64,000 bases of DNA from Dimorphilus gyrociliatus (GCA_904063045.1 CAJFCJ010000015.1:744001-808000), one strand, 5' to 3'. Positions 35,817 through 51,203 are shown, counted from the first letter of the stretch. Made by a program: numbers and translations. The notes: generated by a model from the letters alone, not told the origin.

Positions 35817-38289
35817 ATGGAGGATCAACCAGACAGTCTCAATTTTAGCAATATAAAGCCATCACCGAGTAAAACACAACATAAACCGTTTTCAGGACTG
35901 CTAAGAGAAGTTTATAAATCGTATTTGACGGATAAAGATGGTAAAAAGTGGTTAAAATGATATTTTTCGATTCTATTTTAGAATTTCTTTACAGAACTTT
36001 CAAAAACTGTCTTGGCTCTCAGAAAACAACTCGAAGAATCTAAGAATAGAATAGCAGGGTTGGAAAAAGAGAGAGACTCAATACTCGCAAAGGGAAAAAA
36101 GTATTCAGAAAAGTGTGATAAACTCCATAATGACACTGAAAAATTTAAAAATGAAATCGAGATATTAAGAGAACAGTTCGTATTTAATTTTTTAACATAA
36201 GTAATAAAACTCATTGCAATATACATAGATTGAAAGGTGGTTGTCCCAAGTGCCAAATTCTAGAAGACCAAGTTAAAGAGATAAAGAAAACGAAAGAAGT
36301 TTACGAAAAGCTACTTGTTTCTCAAAAGAGTTTGTATATTTCTTCCTTGTTCATCGCACTTATTCTAAATATTAGTCTTTTCAACAGAACTTGAGTCAAT
36401 ACCATCAGCTATGGTTGAAAATACAATGCCAGATTCTTATGGAACGGTATGCGTGAATGATACACCAGATCCTCAAGCTACACCGACCAGAAAATTTGTT
36501 GCGCCTACACCCTTGAGAAGGTTATTAGCTTCCTAAAACATTAGAGCGTTGTTGAAGTCAAATTTATCCTTCAGATCACCAAGGCGAAGGTTGCAGCGAA
36601 TAGCTGAAGAAACTCCCACTCCTTCCGGTAGTCGAAGCGCTAAAAGAGGAGCCATCAGTGAAGACGAAATAATTCCTATGTCGCCTGAACAGGTTCTTTC
36701 AAAGCCTAAAAGGAAACGGATTAACTCAACGCTTTCAGATAGAGTAACGGAAGAGAAAAAAAAAGAGAAAAAAAATGAAGCTGAAAAACTCGACAACATA
36801 AGCATAATTGAAAATACTGAGGATCATTATAGCGAAGTTATCATTACTAGCAGCAAAGGAAAAAATGAACAAAGAGTAAATCAATTAAAAGTTATAGAAA
36901 CCTCTGTAGATCATATTGTTCCAACCTCTAATGAAAAAAATCAGAAGAGCACCAGTACAACTCAAGATTCTATCTCAGTGACAACAAATAGTACTATTGA
37001 AGATGAACCTAAGAGGATGGGAACAGAAGAAATATTTCTAGCTTCTGATACTGAAGATAATGATATGGACAAAGTTAATGGTATTCGAGAAAAATTTGAG
37101 GCAACCTATCATGAAGAAAAAGGAGATAGCCAAGATATAGATATTATTAATGAATCGAAGCACACAATAAATGATGATTCAGTATTTCAGAAAGGAAATT
37201 TAGACTCTTCCTTTCCAATTAATAAAATAAGGGGTATTAATAAAAAAATGTATCATTCAAGACGAGGTACGAAGAAGCAAGCAACGTCATTATCTAATAT
37301 ATCTCAATCAAGTAAATATAATACAAGAACCCGTTCACAAAAATCAAGCCCCGAAAAAAGCGCAGGTAATACGAAACGAAAAAGAAATGTGTCGAGATCA
37401 AACATTTCGCAAATCTCAAGAGCAAAAGAAAACAACTCGAGTATTAGCAGTTCAATATCTAGTACAAGAAAATCAACCAGGCGGACAAAAGTTCATAATG
37501 AAGACGAGGAATTACAAGAAGCCCTACGATTATCAAAAATGGAATACGAAAATTCTTGTTCTAATAATACTATAGATTCTGAAGAAACAATAGTAGAAAG
37601 CTTTTTGGGTTCGACGTATGTAGAAACATTATTGTTTAATTTGTTTCCTTCGTTAATCCAGAATATTTCAGCATACCATCTTCCAATATGACAACGGATA
37701 GCAGCTTATTACCTTTGGAAAGAGAAGTTATAGAGTAACTAATTCTAAATGTTTTGTTTATGGAAATCTTTACAAGTCAATTTATAAATAGAAAATTGAA
37801 ACCTAAGAAGCCAGAGTTCGCTCAAGTTGAGGTTGCAAGGAAGAAAAAAGACCGAAAAAACATGGATGCATCACCTTGCTTTCAATGTGAAGCCGTAAGA
37901 TATCTAAATTAGAAAATGTTTCCTTGCTTTTTAGATAAATTTTACTATTTCAGTATTTTGCCGATTTGGATCCTCTTGAAAGAGCTGAAAAACTAAAACT
38001 ATGCAGACATAAAGCCAATTTTCGCAAACCGTCAACACCCGAAACATATTGGAACGTTGGATTCCCGAATACTGAACATTGTGTTGAAAAAGGTTAGATT
38101 TTCAACATAATCTGGTTACTTTTTCTGAACTTTTCAATATTTGCTGTTTTAGGCTATATGAATACAACTCAAACAAAACCATCAAAATTCAGAAGGAAAA
38201 AGGCTTTCAAACAGTTATTTGAGAGAAAAGAAGGCAATGAAGATTATACAGAAGAGAGAGATGAAGAAGAAGAGGAGAATGTTCATTAA
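35817..38289 (+). CDS. RBBP8: CtIP/RBBP8 DNA end-resection factor, multi-exon
   Basis: N-terminal coiled coil and a long low-complexity middle. C-terminal Sae2/CtIP domain: FAQVEVARKKKDRKNMDASPCFQCEA|YF..LCRHK..KPSTPETYWNVGFPNT, containing CxxC, an RHR-like motif and the CDK TP site. Confidence 0.85.
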
Positions 38290-38642
38290 TATTTTTTATT
38301 ACAGCTTATTCTTTTTTGAAAATGAAGCATATGACTTTTTTTTTGTATAATTTCGTTTTATTTCAATTTATTTGAGGTCAGTCTCGTTCAACGTTAATAC
38401 TTTTCCGATTCTCTGTTCATCCACTTAGAGAATCGTAAGAAAAACTTAGGGAAAATGACTTAACATTCCTGTGTCATATAATGAAAATAAACAAGGTATG
38501 AAATATTTAGTTCAAAAAACTGTTAACGCATTATATCTATCTGGTTTAATTAGCGTAAGATAAATCCAACTAAAACTTTAGTTCATTGAAAACTATTGAT
38601 TCATTGACCATATGACCGATGAATGATCGGTTAATAAAATAG

Positions 38643-38652
38643 GCGCCATCTA
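38643..38652 (-). promoter_or_regulatory. CTCF-core-like motif (TAGATGGCGC) just upstream of the PLPP gene
   Basis: Exact YAGATGGCGC about 70 bp upstream of the ATG. Confidence 0.5.
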
Positions 38653-38723
38653 CATGAAAAAATAGTTCACCAGGTCGAACGATGAGGAACTCTTTCTAAA
38701 TTTACTATTATTCGATCAGCAAG

Positions 38724-39912
38724 ATGCAAATAACTATTGATTACACATGGAAAGTGGTTATTGATATAATCATAGCAGTAGTCCGTAAGTTAGATGGAGG
38801 GTGTCTCTATAAAATCGAAATATAAACCATGATATTTCAGTTATTATTCCCTCAATCGTTTTCAAAGCGACTGGTAAGCCATTCCACAGAGGATTTTTCT
38901 GTGACGATGAGTCCATAAGAAGACCATTTAAAAGTGATACAATTTCTACACCTGTTCTTTTCATTGTCGGTGGCGGTCTACCTTTTTTTGGTGTAAGTTT
39001 TTTTACCGTTACTATTATGATCATCTTTATTGTTAATATTCTATGATAAAGTTTCTACCCTTCAATATAGATAATTATCAACGAAGTTTTTCTGAGGAAT
39101 ATAACGAAAATTCGACGAAGTGCAACTACAGTATCAAAATATGCTTTGTGTTTGGGAAAATCCACTCCTATAATCTTATTAACACTATATGTATATATAG
39201 CACCATTCGTATTTGGCTGTGTTATCTGTCAATGTTCGACAGATATTGGCAAATATATGATTGGACGTCTTAGACCTCATTTTATAGATGTTTGTCAACC
39301 TGATTGGAGTAAAATAAAATGCACCGAAAATAATTTGCCTGTTTATATTACTGATATCGAATGTCTTGGAAAGGATACAAAGCATATAAAGGAATCAAGA
39401 TTGTCTCATCCTTCAGGACATTCATCGTTTAGTGTCTATACTATGCTATTCTTTGCCGTAAGTATTATGCTGCAAAGATATTATTATATTTATATAGCAT
39501 AATATTAGTAATTATGAGTAAAATATAATCTTGCATTTCTTATCAGTTCTATATGCAAAAACGATTGAAAATTGGATGGAATCGATCAATCAAATTTGGA
39601 CTGCAGTTTATAGTGATGATGCTTGCAGTGGCTTGCTGTCTTAGCCGTATAAGCGACTACAAACATCATTGGTCTGATGTCTTAGGAGGAGCTATTCTAG
39701 GAACCATAGTGTGCTTATATACTGTAAGATAAAAACACTCTACCTAAACGATAAGTGATAAAACTTTGTCCCATTATCTACTTTTATAGGTTTTTAGCGT
39801 TTCGATTTTATACAAGAAGAACATTGAAGAAGTAGAAAAGAATGAATTAGCAGCAAATGAGCGAGCCGAAAGGGAACAGTCATGCAATCTAGGTTCTTGT
39901 TCGGAACCTTAA
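38724..39912 (+). CDS. Phospholipid phosphatase (PAP2/LPP, wunen-like), 5 exons
   Basis: PFHRGFFCDDESI; C1 KYMIGRLRP; C2 PSGHSS; C3 LSRISDYKHHWSDV; several transmembrane segments. Confidence 0.92.
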
Positions 39913-40146
39913 TAATCTATAAATTTTGAAATATTTACCAAATTATAAAAGAAACGACAAGAACCAATCCTGGTTAGAAAGGATCATTTTATCTCCTTTT
40001 TCCAGTTATGTAAGACAAACGATAATTTATTACACCGAGTTTCATTGAAATGAAAAAAGTTTTTTTTGCGCGAAAGCCTTTTATTAGAGATTCTCTTTTA
40101 CATCTCAACAGAACACGTGTTTTTTGGGAATAATCATCTGAAGTCT

Positions 40147-40731
40147 TTAGTTTTTTTCTATAAACCTTCTAATCATAAATGCTTGATCATCTTTTGCAAA
40201 ACCAAAATTTTCGTAGAATCCAACCTTATCGTGCTTACATTCAAGAGATAACTTATAAACTCCTAACAATTCGCCTAATAATACTAAGAGTTGAACAAGT
40301 AGTTTTCCTAACTGTTTTCCCCGATAATCACCGTTGACAACAACATCTTCAATTCTTCCTCTCTGACCTGCAGAATGAATAAACTTTTGTTCGAATATTA
40401 AACTACTCGATCCAACTATTTTGTTTGTGGATTTGTCTTCTATAACCAGTATATAATACGTTCCTTCACATCTTTTCATATCTTCAAATCTTTTCTTAAA
40501 TTGTTCTTCCGTGACTATACCAACTTTAGTCAACTGACTCATAAGTAATAAATAATCTCGATGTATATCATCATCTCTTAAAGGACGTACAACCAATCCA
40601 TCTCCTGGTTTCTTATATGAAACCCCATTCTGAAAGTTGCACTTTATTTTACTCCAGTCTATTTCTTCTAAAATATTAGGATCGAAAAGATAATTGATTG
40701 TACCATTTATGGGTTCTTCGAAATTTGTCAT
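40147..40731 (-). CDS. GNPNAT1: Glucosamine-6-phosphate N-acetyltransferase, intronless CDS
   Basis: LVVRPL..DD..YL.LMSQLTKVG, EQKFIHSAGQRGRIEDVVV, YRGKQLGK and YKLSLEC are the GNA1 family signature. Confidence 0.95.
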   Translation of the reverse strand: MTNFEEPINGTINYLFDPNILEEIDWSKIKCNFQNGVSYKKPGDGLVVRPLRDDDIHRDYLLLMSQLTKVGIVTEEQFKKRFEDMKRCEGTYYILVIEDKSTNKIVGSSSLIFEQKFIHSAGQRGRIEDVVVNGDYRGKQLGKLLVQLLVLLGELLGVYKLSLECKHDKVGFYENFGFAKDDQAFMIRRFIEKN

Positions 40732-40816
40732 CTTTAGTATTGTGTCTCTAAAAACTATCCTGTCAATAATTCTGCAGATAAGAAAAAATCGAACGCGATT
40801 TTACACGCGTAGCCGA

Positions 40817-40825
40817 TCACGTGAC
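40817..40825. promoter_or_regulatory. Extended E-box TCACGTGAC (CLEAR/M-box-like) in the GNPNAT1/NPRL3 divergent promoter
   Basis: Seen directly in a CpG-containing patch of the 474-bp head-to-head interval. Confidence 0.4.
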
Positions 40826-41205
40826 AAAAATGGCTACACAAGTAGATTTTATTTTAAAGCATACTAAAATGTTAAGAAATATCGAAAAGAGTAGTAAAGA
40901 ATTTATTGGAGTAGTACTAATATACGAAAATATCTCTTAAGGTCAACCTAGAAGTAAAATTTATCAATGCTAAATCAACAGTCAACGTTCTTAGCTTGTA
41001 TTTAAATTATTTTTCAACTTTTTTTTTATTAAAAAAAAAACAAAGCTTTAAATATTTACTTTTGTAATATTATTTGATTTTTTAAAGTAGATTTTTTACA
41101 TTATTTTGAAAAATTTCGAATCATTTTTAGCAAACACCGTTCCAGATTAGTCATATTCGCAATTGCAGTATCCTTGATTCTGTTTACTCTTCTGCATTTC
41201 GAAAT

Positions 41206-43604
41206 ATGAATGTTGATCCACTCGCCGTCTATTTTGTTACATCAGGAGCTGCAGGAAATGCATTGTTATTTAAATATCCTCATGAAAATGAAAAAGAAGA
41301 GTGTTTCGAAGTGGTTATATATTTTACCTTTGTTTCGTTGTAAATTTATCTTAATATCGCCCGTATTTTTCTCTAAAGTTGGAAGAAACAGAGAATATAG
41401 ACTATGAAAATTGCGAATTACCAGTATCATTATTTGATGACTTTAGAATAGAAAGGTGATTAATTGTATATATTCTAGTTTTACTATTTACTCTTTCTAA
41501 AAAAGATATAAACAATTTTTAATACTTAAAGATTGTTTAAAACAAGTTAACGATCCAAACAGGCTTAAATCTGCCTCCAATTTAAGACAAGGCAGAACAG
41601 TGGACATTGAGGACATTACAATTGAACACCTTCTAGCTGTCAATAATTTATTATGCAACAATAAATTTGAGCTTAAAATAAGTGATGTCATATTTGTTGG
41701 TTTTCCTATTCTTGCATTGCCGGAACACTCAACGAGGAAGGATTCTACAAGTCTGATGTCTTTTCACATAGCATTTGCCTTGAATGTAAGTTAAATATTC
41801 TTTTTAATTAGCAGATGAACTATATGTTTTATTTTTCTCTTTTAGGGAAATTCGTCTAGTCACATAATTGAATTATATCAGGAACTTTCTAGGAGATTAG
41901 CAGTATCTTTGCGATTTGAACAAGAACGTTGTAATTATTTATCAGATCAAAAAAATTTAATATGGGCAATAAGAGACGAAATAGACAATGTACCAGAAGG
42001 TATTTTAATGTTTAATTACAATACTGTAAATAGCAAACTATATACAACATTCGAACACAATTTTTCTTCTTCAAGATCAAAGAGAGTGTCCTTTTAGACT
42101 AATCCTGCAGGATGACAAATGTACAATTGCACTTCTTCTTCGGGAGGTTTATTTAGGGTAAATAAATTTAAAGAGAAACATTATTGAATATCTTAATTTA
42201 TGAATTACGTTTGTTGTCTTTATCTTTTATATTTAGCCTATGCAACACCGGAATAGTTGAAGTGAGAGTGAATAATCTAGTTCGTGTTAGTTTTTGTATT
42301 CCAGAAAAAGTTCATAATCCATCACAACAAAACTTTGTTATTTCGGTAATAATAGAATTTTTCCTACTTTTAATTACCAGTTTTGTATTTGTGTATAAAA
42401 TGTATATTTATTTGTTTGAACAGTTTTCACAAATTGAACGACATATAAATTCAATTAGGTAAGGTATTCTCTTCTAAATTAACTTTATTAATAATACAGT
42501 CTTCCCTCTTTTTTCAAATCTACGTAGACCTTATCATAGTTTTATTATTACTGAGAAGAAAGAAGACCTTTTACAAAAGTTACAACCTGAAGCAAATCCA
42601 AATTTAGTACGAATTATCAAAGTTGCAAATGTTACTAAAAGTTTACCTGAATTAGCAAATTTAGCTGATTTACCTATTCAACATGTTGAGTATAATTTAT
42701 TTACCTATCTAGAATATTTATTATATTATTAATCTGTAGATTTAAACTGCTTTTTATTTTCTCTATTTAGGTTTTCGATTCTGTAGCTCATCTAGTTTAT
42801 TGGGGCAAGGCTTTAGTTATTTATCCCCTTTGCGAACATAATGTTTATTGCGTTTCTCCATCTGCAGATTGTAGACCGTAAAGATTAATTTCTATATTTA
42901 TAATCTAAATAATTTTTGCTTTTTTTATTCCTTTTCCGTTAGAAATTCAACTTTAGCTGATTCATTTTTTGATGAATGCAAACGTAAATTACCCGATGTT
43001 CTTTCGCAATTCTCCTTACCAACTCGAGTCGGTGACTTATTCAGCGTATTTAATAAACGTCAACAAAAAGTAATATTTACTATTTAGACATTTAATTATT
43101 TAATTAATAATTCTTATTAACTTGTTTATATTTATATAGATGCAAATAACAGAGATAATCAAATGGTTGTTAAGGCATAAACAAATAATTCAACATCACA
43201 CTTATGTTTATTTGGAGAAATATGATGAAAAACCAAAAACAAATCCAATTTCTATAGAAGTTAACGATTCGATTAATGAAGAATTAAATAAATATCCAGA
43301 TATTAAAGATATATTACAAAGCTGTCCTGCTGCACAAAATGAAGAGGATCTAAAATTATTTCTTTCGTAAGGACCGATCAGTTTTCATCTTCTTATCTTA
43401 AGTTTATTATTTTACTGATATATATATATATATATATATACATATAGGATAGTACCACATCTGAATGGTGAACATCATATAGAAGATATAATGTATAGAG
43501 AAAATATGAAAAGATCAACAATTCTAACAATACTAGACAAGTTTAGAGATGTAGTTTGTGTGAATGAAAGAGAAGACGCCGGAATTTCGTATTGGATAAG
43601 TTAA
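41206..43604 (+). CDS. NPRL3: GATOR1 subunit NPRL3, multi-exon
   Basis: [25 protein letters not shown]; [11 protein letters not shown]; [17 protein letters not shown]; [15 protein letters not shown]; RPYHSLLL; [21 protein letters not shown]; [24 protein letters not shown]. Confidence 0.9.
43418..43446. repeat. Intronic (TA)n microsatellite in NPRL3
   Basis: Seen directly. Confidence 0.9.
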
Positions 43605-44108
43605 GAGTAATGGAGTTTTGTAAATTAAGGATATAAATCGTTAACAATTATTATCAAGATCAAGTTTAAGAGTCGAGAGAATATATCAAGAATTATTTCG
43701 TTACTTTTTGTAATATTGAACTGTTTGGAGAAAAAACAAAAAAAAAACAGAGCAAAAAGAATGAAGGAATTATAGAAGATTTTTAATAGTATAAAACATA
43801 TTAAATAAACAATTTTTTAATTTATTTTAACAATTCACTAAAATTTGCATATTCATTTACTTCTATAGAAATTTCTGTAAAAAAAATTTGAATATATTAA
43901 TATGCAAATAGTTTTAACGTTTCAACAAATGTTTTTTTATTTATCATTTCCAACAATAACTTATTGACAATTTGGGAAAATATAATAAAAATAATGACTT
44001 AAAGAGTGAGGTTTGCTCATATTAAAATATTCCAATTGAATCTCAGTTTTCGAAATATAAAAAGAGAAGATAAACCTTCAATAAATATGACTGATCTTCA
44101 TCGTATGC

Positions 44109-47226
<3,118 letters not shown>

Positions 47227-48659
47227 AATTTAGAACATTTCGGCACGGAACTAGTAACCGATTTAAATACGAAATAGGACGAGTTCCGTCAAGCACTATA
47301 ACAGGGTAGTGAATATTCATATATTTCGAAACTAATTCCATTTACTAGCGGTATCCATATTAAAAGTTCTATTTTTTTTTACATCCGAAAGAAATACAAG
47401 AGAAGCTTGCACTCATTGAACATTTTAGAAATTTAATTTTTAATTTTGAATAAGATTACAACAAACGTAAAATTCTGAAAAGTTTCTGTCAAATAATACT
47501 TTTTTACTACATATTACAACGTTTTCACTAAACCTTGCAGATACTTAAAATAGTTAATAGTATAATCTACAGAATTTAAATACAACTCAAAAGTAATTTA
47601 GGCAAGTACAAACCTTCACTTAGAAACCATTAAAAGAGGTATGAACTTTTACGGTAGTAATACCAAGAAGAAATATAGAATAATGAATATTCATTACGCA
47701 TTTACTGAATGCTAAACCAGCTAGCTTAGAGAATTTCGTCATGGCATGAAAATCTATAGAATGTCCATGGACAATGTTTATTGTGAAATCCCCCAAACTT
47801 TTTTTTATAATCTCAAAAACAATATCTTTACTTACGCAAATATAACGCAGATAAAGCATTTAAGCAATTAAAACATGTCACTTTCCCAAGAAGATATTAG
47901 TTAGCCTATGTAGATGTAGTAGTCGAAATAGTTGTTTTCCTACGAGAGAATAGCCTAATAGAAATAATCCAATATGGAAAGATTCATCGAAAAGGGGAAA
48001 TTAATAAAAAAAAAGGGAAAGAAAAACAGAATTAAACATGTAATAGCCTGTCAATTGAAAGAGTCAGTCTGCGAAAAAAAATCATATAATACGAATTACA
48101 GTAATAATTACTTGATTAGACATGTTTATAACAAGTTGAATTTGCTATTATATTCTTTAAAAGACAATGTGATTAGTGTTTCAACATGGCTGGACATGAA
48201 AAAACTTGTTTTGATTTGATGTTTCAGCAGCAAAACTTTTGAGAACAATTTCTGACACGTTAGAACAGGAGTATTACAAGTAAAATACTGTTTTTGTCAA
48301 TAACTTTCCGTTTATATACAAGAAAAAACGTAATACGTTTATTATAACTTATTAGCATACTCTTATGATCAATGGATAGTTTTTTTATCAGTTACAGCAT
48401 AGATATGATTGTCTATTTTTTATCACCACTTGTAATAGCATAACTAATAAAAATTGAAGCAATACGCAAATGAAGAGTGAAAAGAAGCTCTTTTCCTGTG
48501 AAATGTTAGTTTGTATATACTGTATGTACAGTATGTAAGGCACGATACAACAAATAGCAAGCTATGTAAAAATTTTTTTGGAATTCGAAATAGTAAAACT
48601 AAAAAATTTACAAATTAAAGGAAAATGTTAAAAGGGAAATTAAAAATAAAATCGATAAA

Positions 48660-51057
48660 TCAATTTTGTCGAAAATCGCATATTAACTCTTCCCCAGTTT
48701 GTATATTTCTCTTGGCAAATAGTCCAATTCTTGGAAAAGTTGTATCGTATTGGTTGATGAACACTTTGGCGTAAATTAAATTGGCCTCAGAATCCCGTCT
48801 TACGAATCGTCCTATATTTGAAGCCACATCGGTTGTTAGGAATAAACTCGTTTGTTTTGATATTGAAACTGATATTTCATTTCTGCTCTCTTTTTCATAA
48901 ATACCATTAAGTTCGCAGATGAAAGAACCTTTTGGAATGAATTGACCAGATCGGAGAGACCATCTTCTGTCGCTTGTGCGAAAAACCTCCAAATTATATT
49001 GTATTCCCTTACTTAGAACCCTATTTTTACAGCGATTGTTCCAGCACGGGCAGAGTACACTGCATTCAAATATAGGTCCAGAGACTTTCGATTTAAGACG
49101 ACCATTCTCATCATAACATCCGTGTAGTTCGGAGCAAGAACAATTTTCTGAACAATCAAAGGAGCAAGAACAGAATCTATTCTGACTTACAATTTCATTA
49201 TAAACAACGCGAGAAGATCCGTAATTGCGAATTATATATTGGAAAGCGTCCACTTTCGTTTCGGCGTCGATTCCGTTAAAAGCCGGTATTGCCATTTTTT
49301 CTCTTCCATTTGACACATCTTCACTAACAATAGCTTCGAAATTTGTTCTATTATCAAACATAGACAATAGATGAATTTTATCTTTTGGTAGGAGATCGAA
49401 TGCGGTCTCTCCTTGTTGATTCTTATGTTTAACGTTTGTCCCTTCAATTCCTGCAAGGTATTCAGCAATATCGTGATGTTCCTGACGTAAAGCTATGTGA
49501 AGTGGAAGATCTCCAGCATTGTTAGGTATTCTTGGATTACAGCAGGTAGATACAAACAAATGAACCAATTTAAAAGAACCACCGTAAGCAGCCCAATGTA
49601 AAGATGTCGAACCTTCGATATCGGCGTGATTGGGGTTAGCACCCAATGACAATAGAAACTCAGCTACATTTTCACACCGGTTTTCACTGCAGTCCATAAG
49701 AGCAGTATAGCCGCAGTTGTCCTCAATATCCACGTCAATCAAATCTGTTATTAATTTTACTACCTCTAAATCATTCGACAAGGCAGCCATATGCAAAGCC
49801 GTTCGTCCATCAAGATCTAAATCACAGATGCATGCACCATAATTCAACAATTGTTTAACAATGTCAAGATTCCCAATTTTAGACGCAATGAGGAAGGGTG
49901 TACGGCATTCATCATCTCTTATACTTAACGACGCTCCTGCCCAAAGAAGAATGTCAACGGCAACTATATCACAGTTTTTCACAGCTCTCAATAGAGGAGT
50001 TAATCCTTCGCTTATTTTATCAAGATCAGCACCATTTCTTATACATTGCAAAATTCCACTAGTATCTCCATGCTTAACAGCTGCATGTAGATTATTGTAT
50101 GTCCGACTGCTGGAAAATGAATCGTTGCTAACTGAAATAGTTGCAAAAGATCTTTGTAATTTATTCCTTGCTTCATCGCTTAAAGAATATGTTTTTTTTT
50201 TAATTTTCATTTGAGCTGCTCCGTGTTTTTCAACAATTTCTCTTCGAATAGCCTCACTACAATATTTCAGTGTAAACAATTCTTCTTTCCAATTCTCAGA
50301 ATCACAATGTTCGCATTTTTTCACTTTTACACTATTAGCACATCTGACGTGTGTTAAATGCTTCTTTTCACAAACGTAAAATTTACCAAGTAAACAATGC
50401 TGACCGCATATTGTACAGCAATGGTGTTTTTTGGCAATTTCGGTATGTTTCTCACACATAACAACATAAGGTAATCGTACATGAATTCTAAATACGTTAT
50501 TAGAAAAAGCTAGTTCACAGCACATACGACTTTTCATATAAATAGAATCTGTCATTTGACATTGTTGTTTTTCTCCATCATTCTGAAGTTGTATTTGGGA
50601 ACATTTGCAAGCCGAATTGTCGGCTTCATAATCTACCGGTTGCTGTAACTGTAAAGGTATACTGGGCATGACACCGGTGTTTATTACTGAGGTAACGTCT
50701 ACTCTAGGAATTTGATCATCGCTTTCAACATTTGTGCCATTTTTTTCTATGTGCTTTAATGATGAACTGGAATGTTCAACAAAGGCATAAACTTCCGAGA
50801 CATTTTCGAGAGAAACTCTGCTCTTTCGTAGATATTTTAAAAATTCAATATCGCTTCTAGGCGATATATCAACAGTCTTTTTCGTTTGCGAGTCATCATC
50901 CATAGGTTCCTCAACCGATGAGGCTGATGGGGTTTCATCATCTGTGATAAATGATAAATCATTTGGATGAGGATTTGAATGTAAGGTCTCTGAAAGCGAC
51001 AAGATTGTATTGAGCGATAATAGGCGGTTAAGAGTATAAAATACCTGTACAACTCAT
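48660..51057 (-). CDS. EHMT2: G9a/GLP (EHMT1/2)-like protein: Cys-rich region, ankyrin repeats, pre-SET and a degenerate SET with no post-SET; 2 exons
   Basis: Exon 1 is 51057-51045 (ATG AGT TGT ACA G), intron 51044-50990, exon 2 runs to the stop at 48660. EHMT Cys-rich CEKH..HHCCTICG.HC..GKF..C, about 7 ankyrin repeats, EDVSNGREKMAIPAFN, pre-SET CSCSFDC..CSC..FECSVLCPC..CKNRV. SET motifs are substituted (see findings). Confidence 0.85.
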
Positions 51058-51203
51058 TTTTTAGAACAAAATCGACAGAGATTATAGTTCAAAGTTATAG
51101 ATTATAGTTTAATGACTAATCGTACTGTTTCACACATTTGTCGGATCATATCCTGATGATTTTAATTTGAAAATATATACAGTTTCTAGAAGAACGTGTA
51201 CAA

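Noticed and set aside
41168-41175. GTATCCTT resembling a U12 5' splice site upstream of NPRL3
   Set aside because: Only about 30 nt before the ATG, with no U12 branch site or acceptor.
47340-48600. Hidden small gene between KAT2 and the EHMT-like gene (ORFs 47620-47859 and 47974-48219)
   Set aside because: Low-complexity AT-rich translations, no coherent exon chain and no homology.
48440-48611. Strong acceptor (CTAAC..TTTCACAG) downstream of the EHMT-like stop that might add a post-SET exon
   Set aside because: None of the three downstream frames encodes CxC-x4-C; at most a 3'UTR intron.
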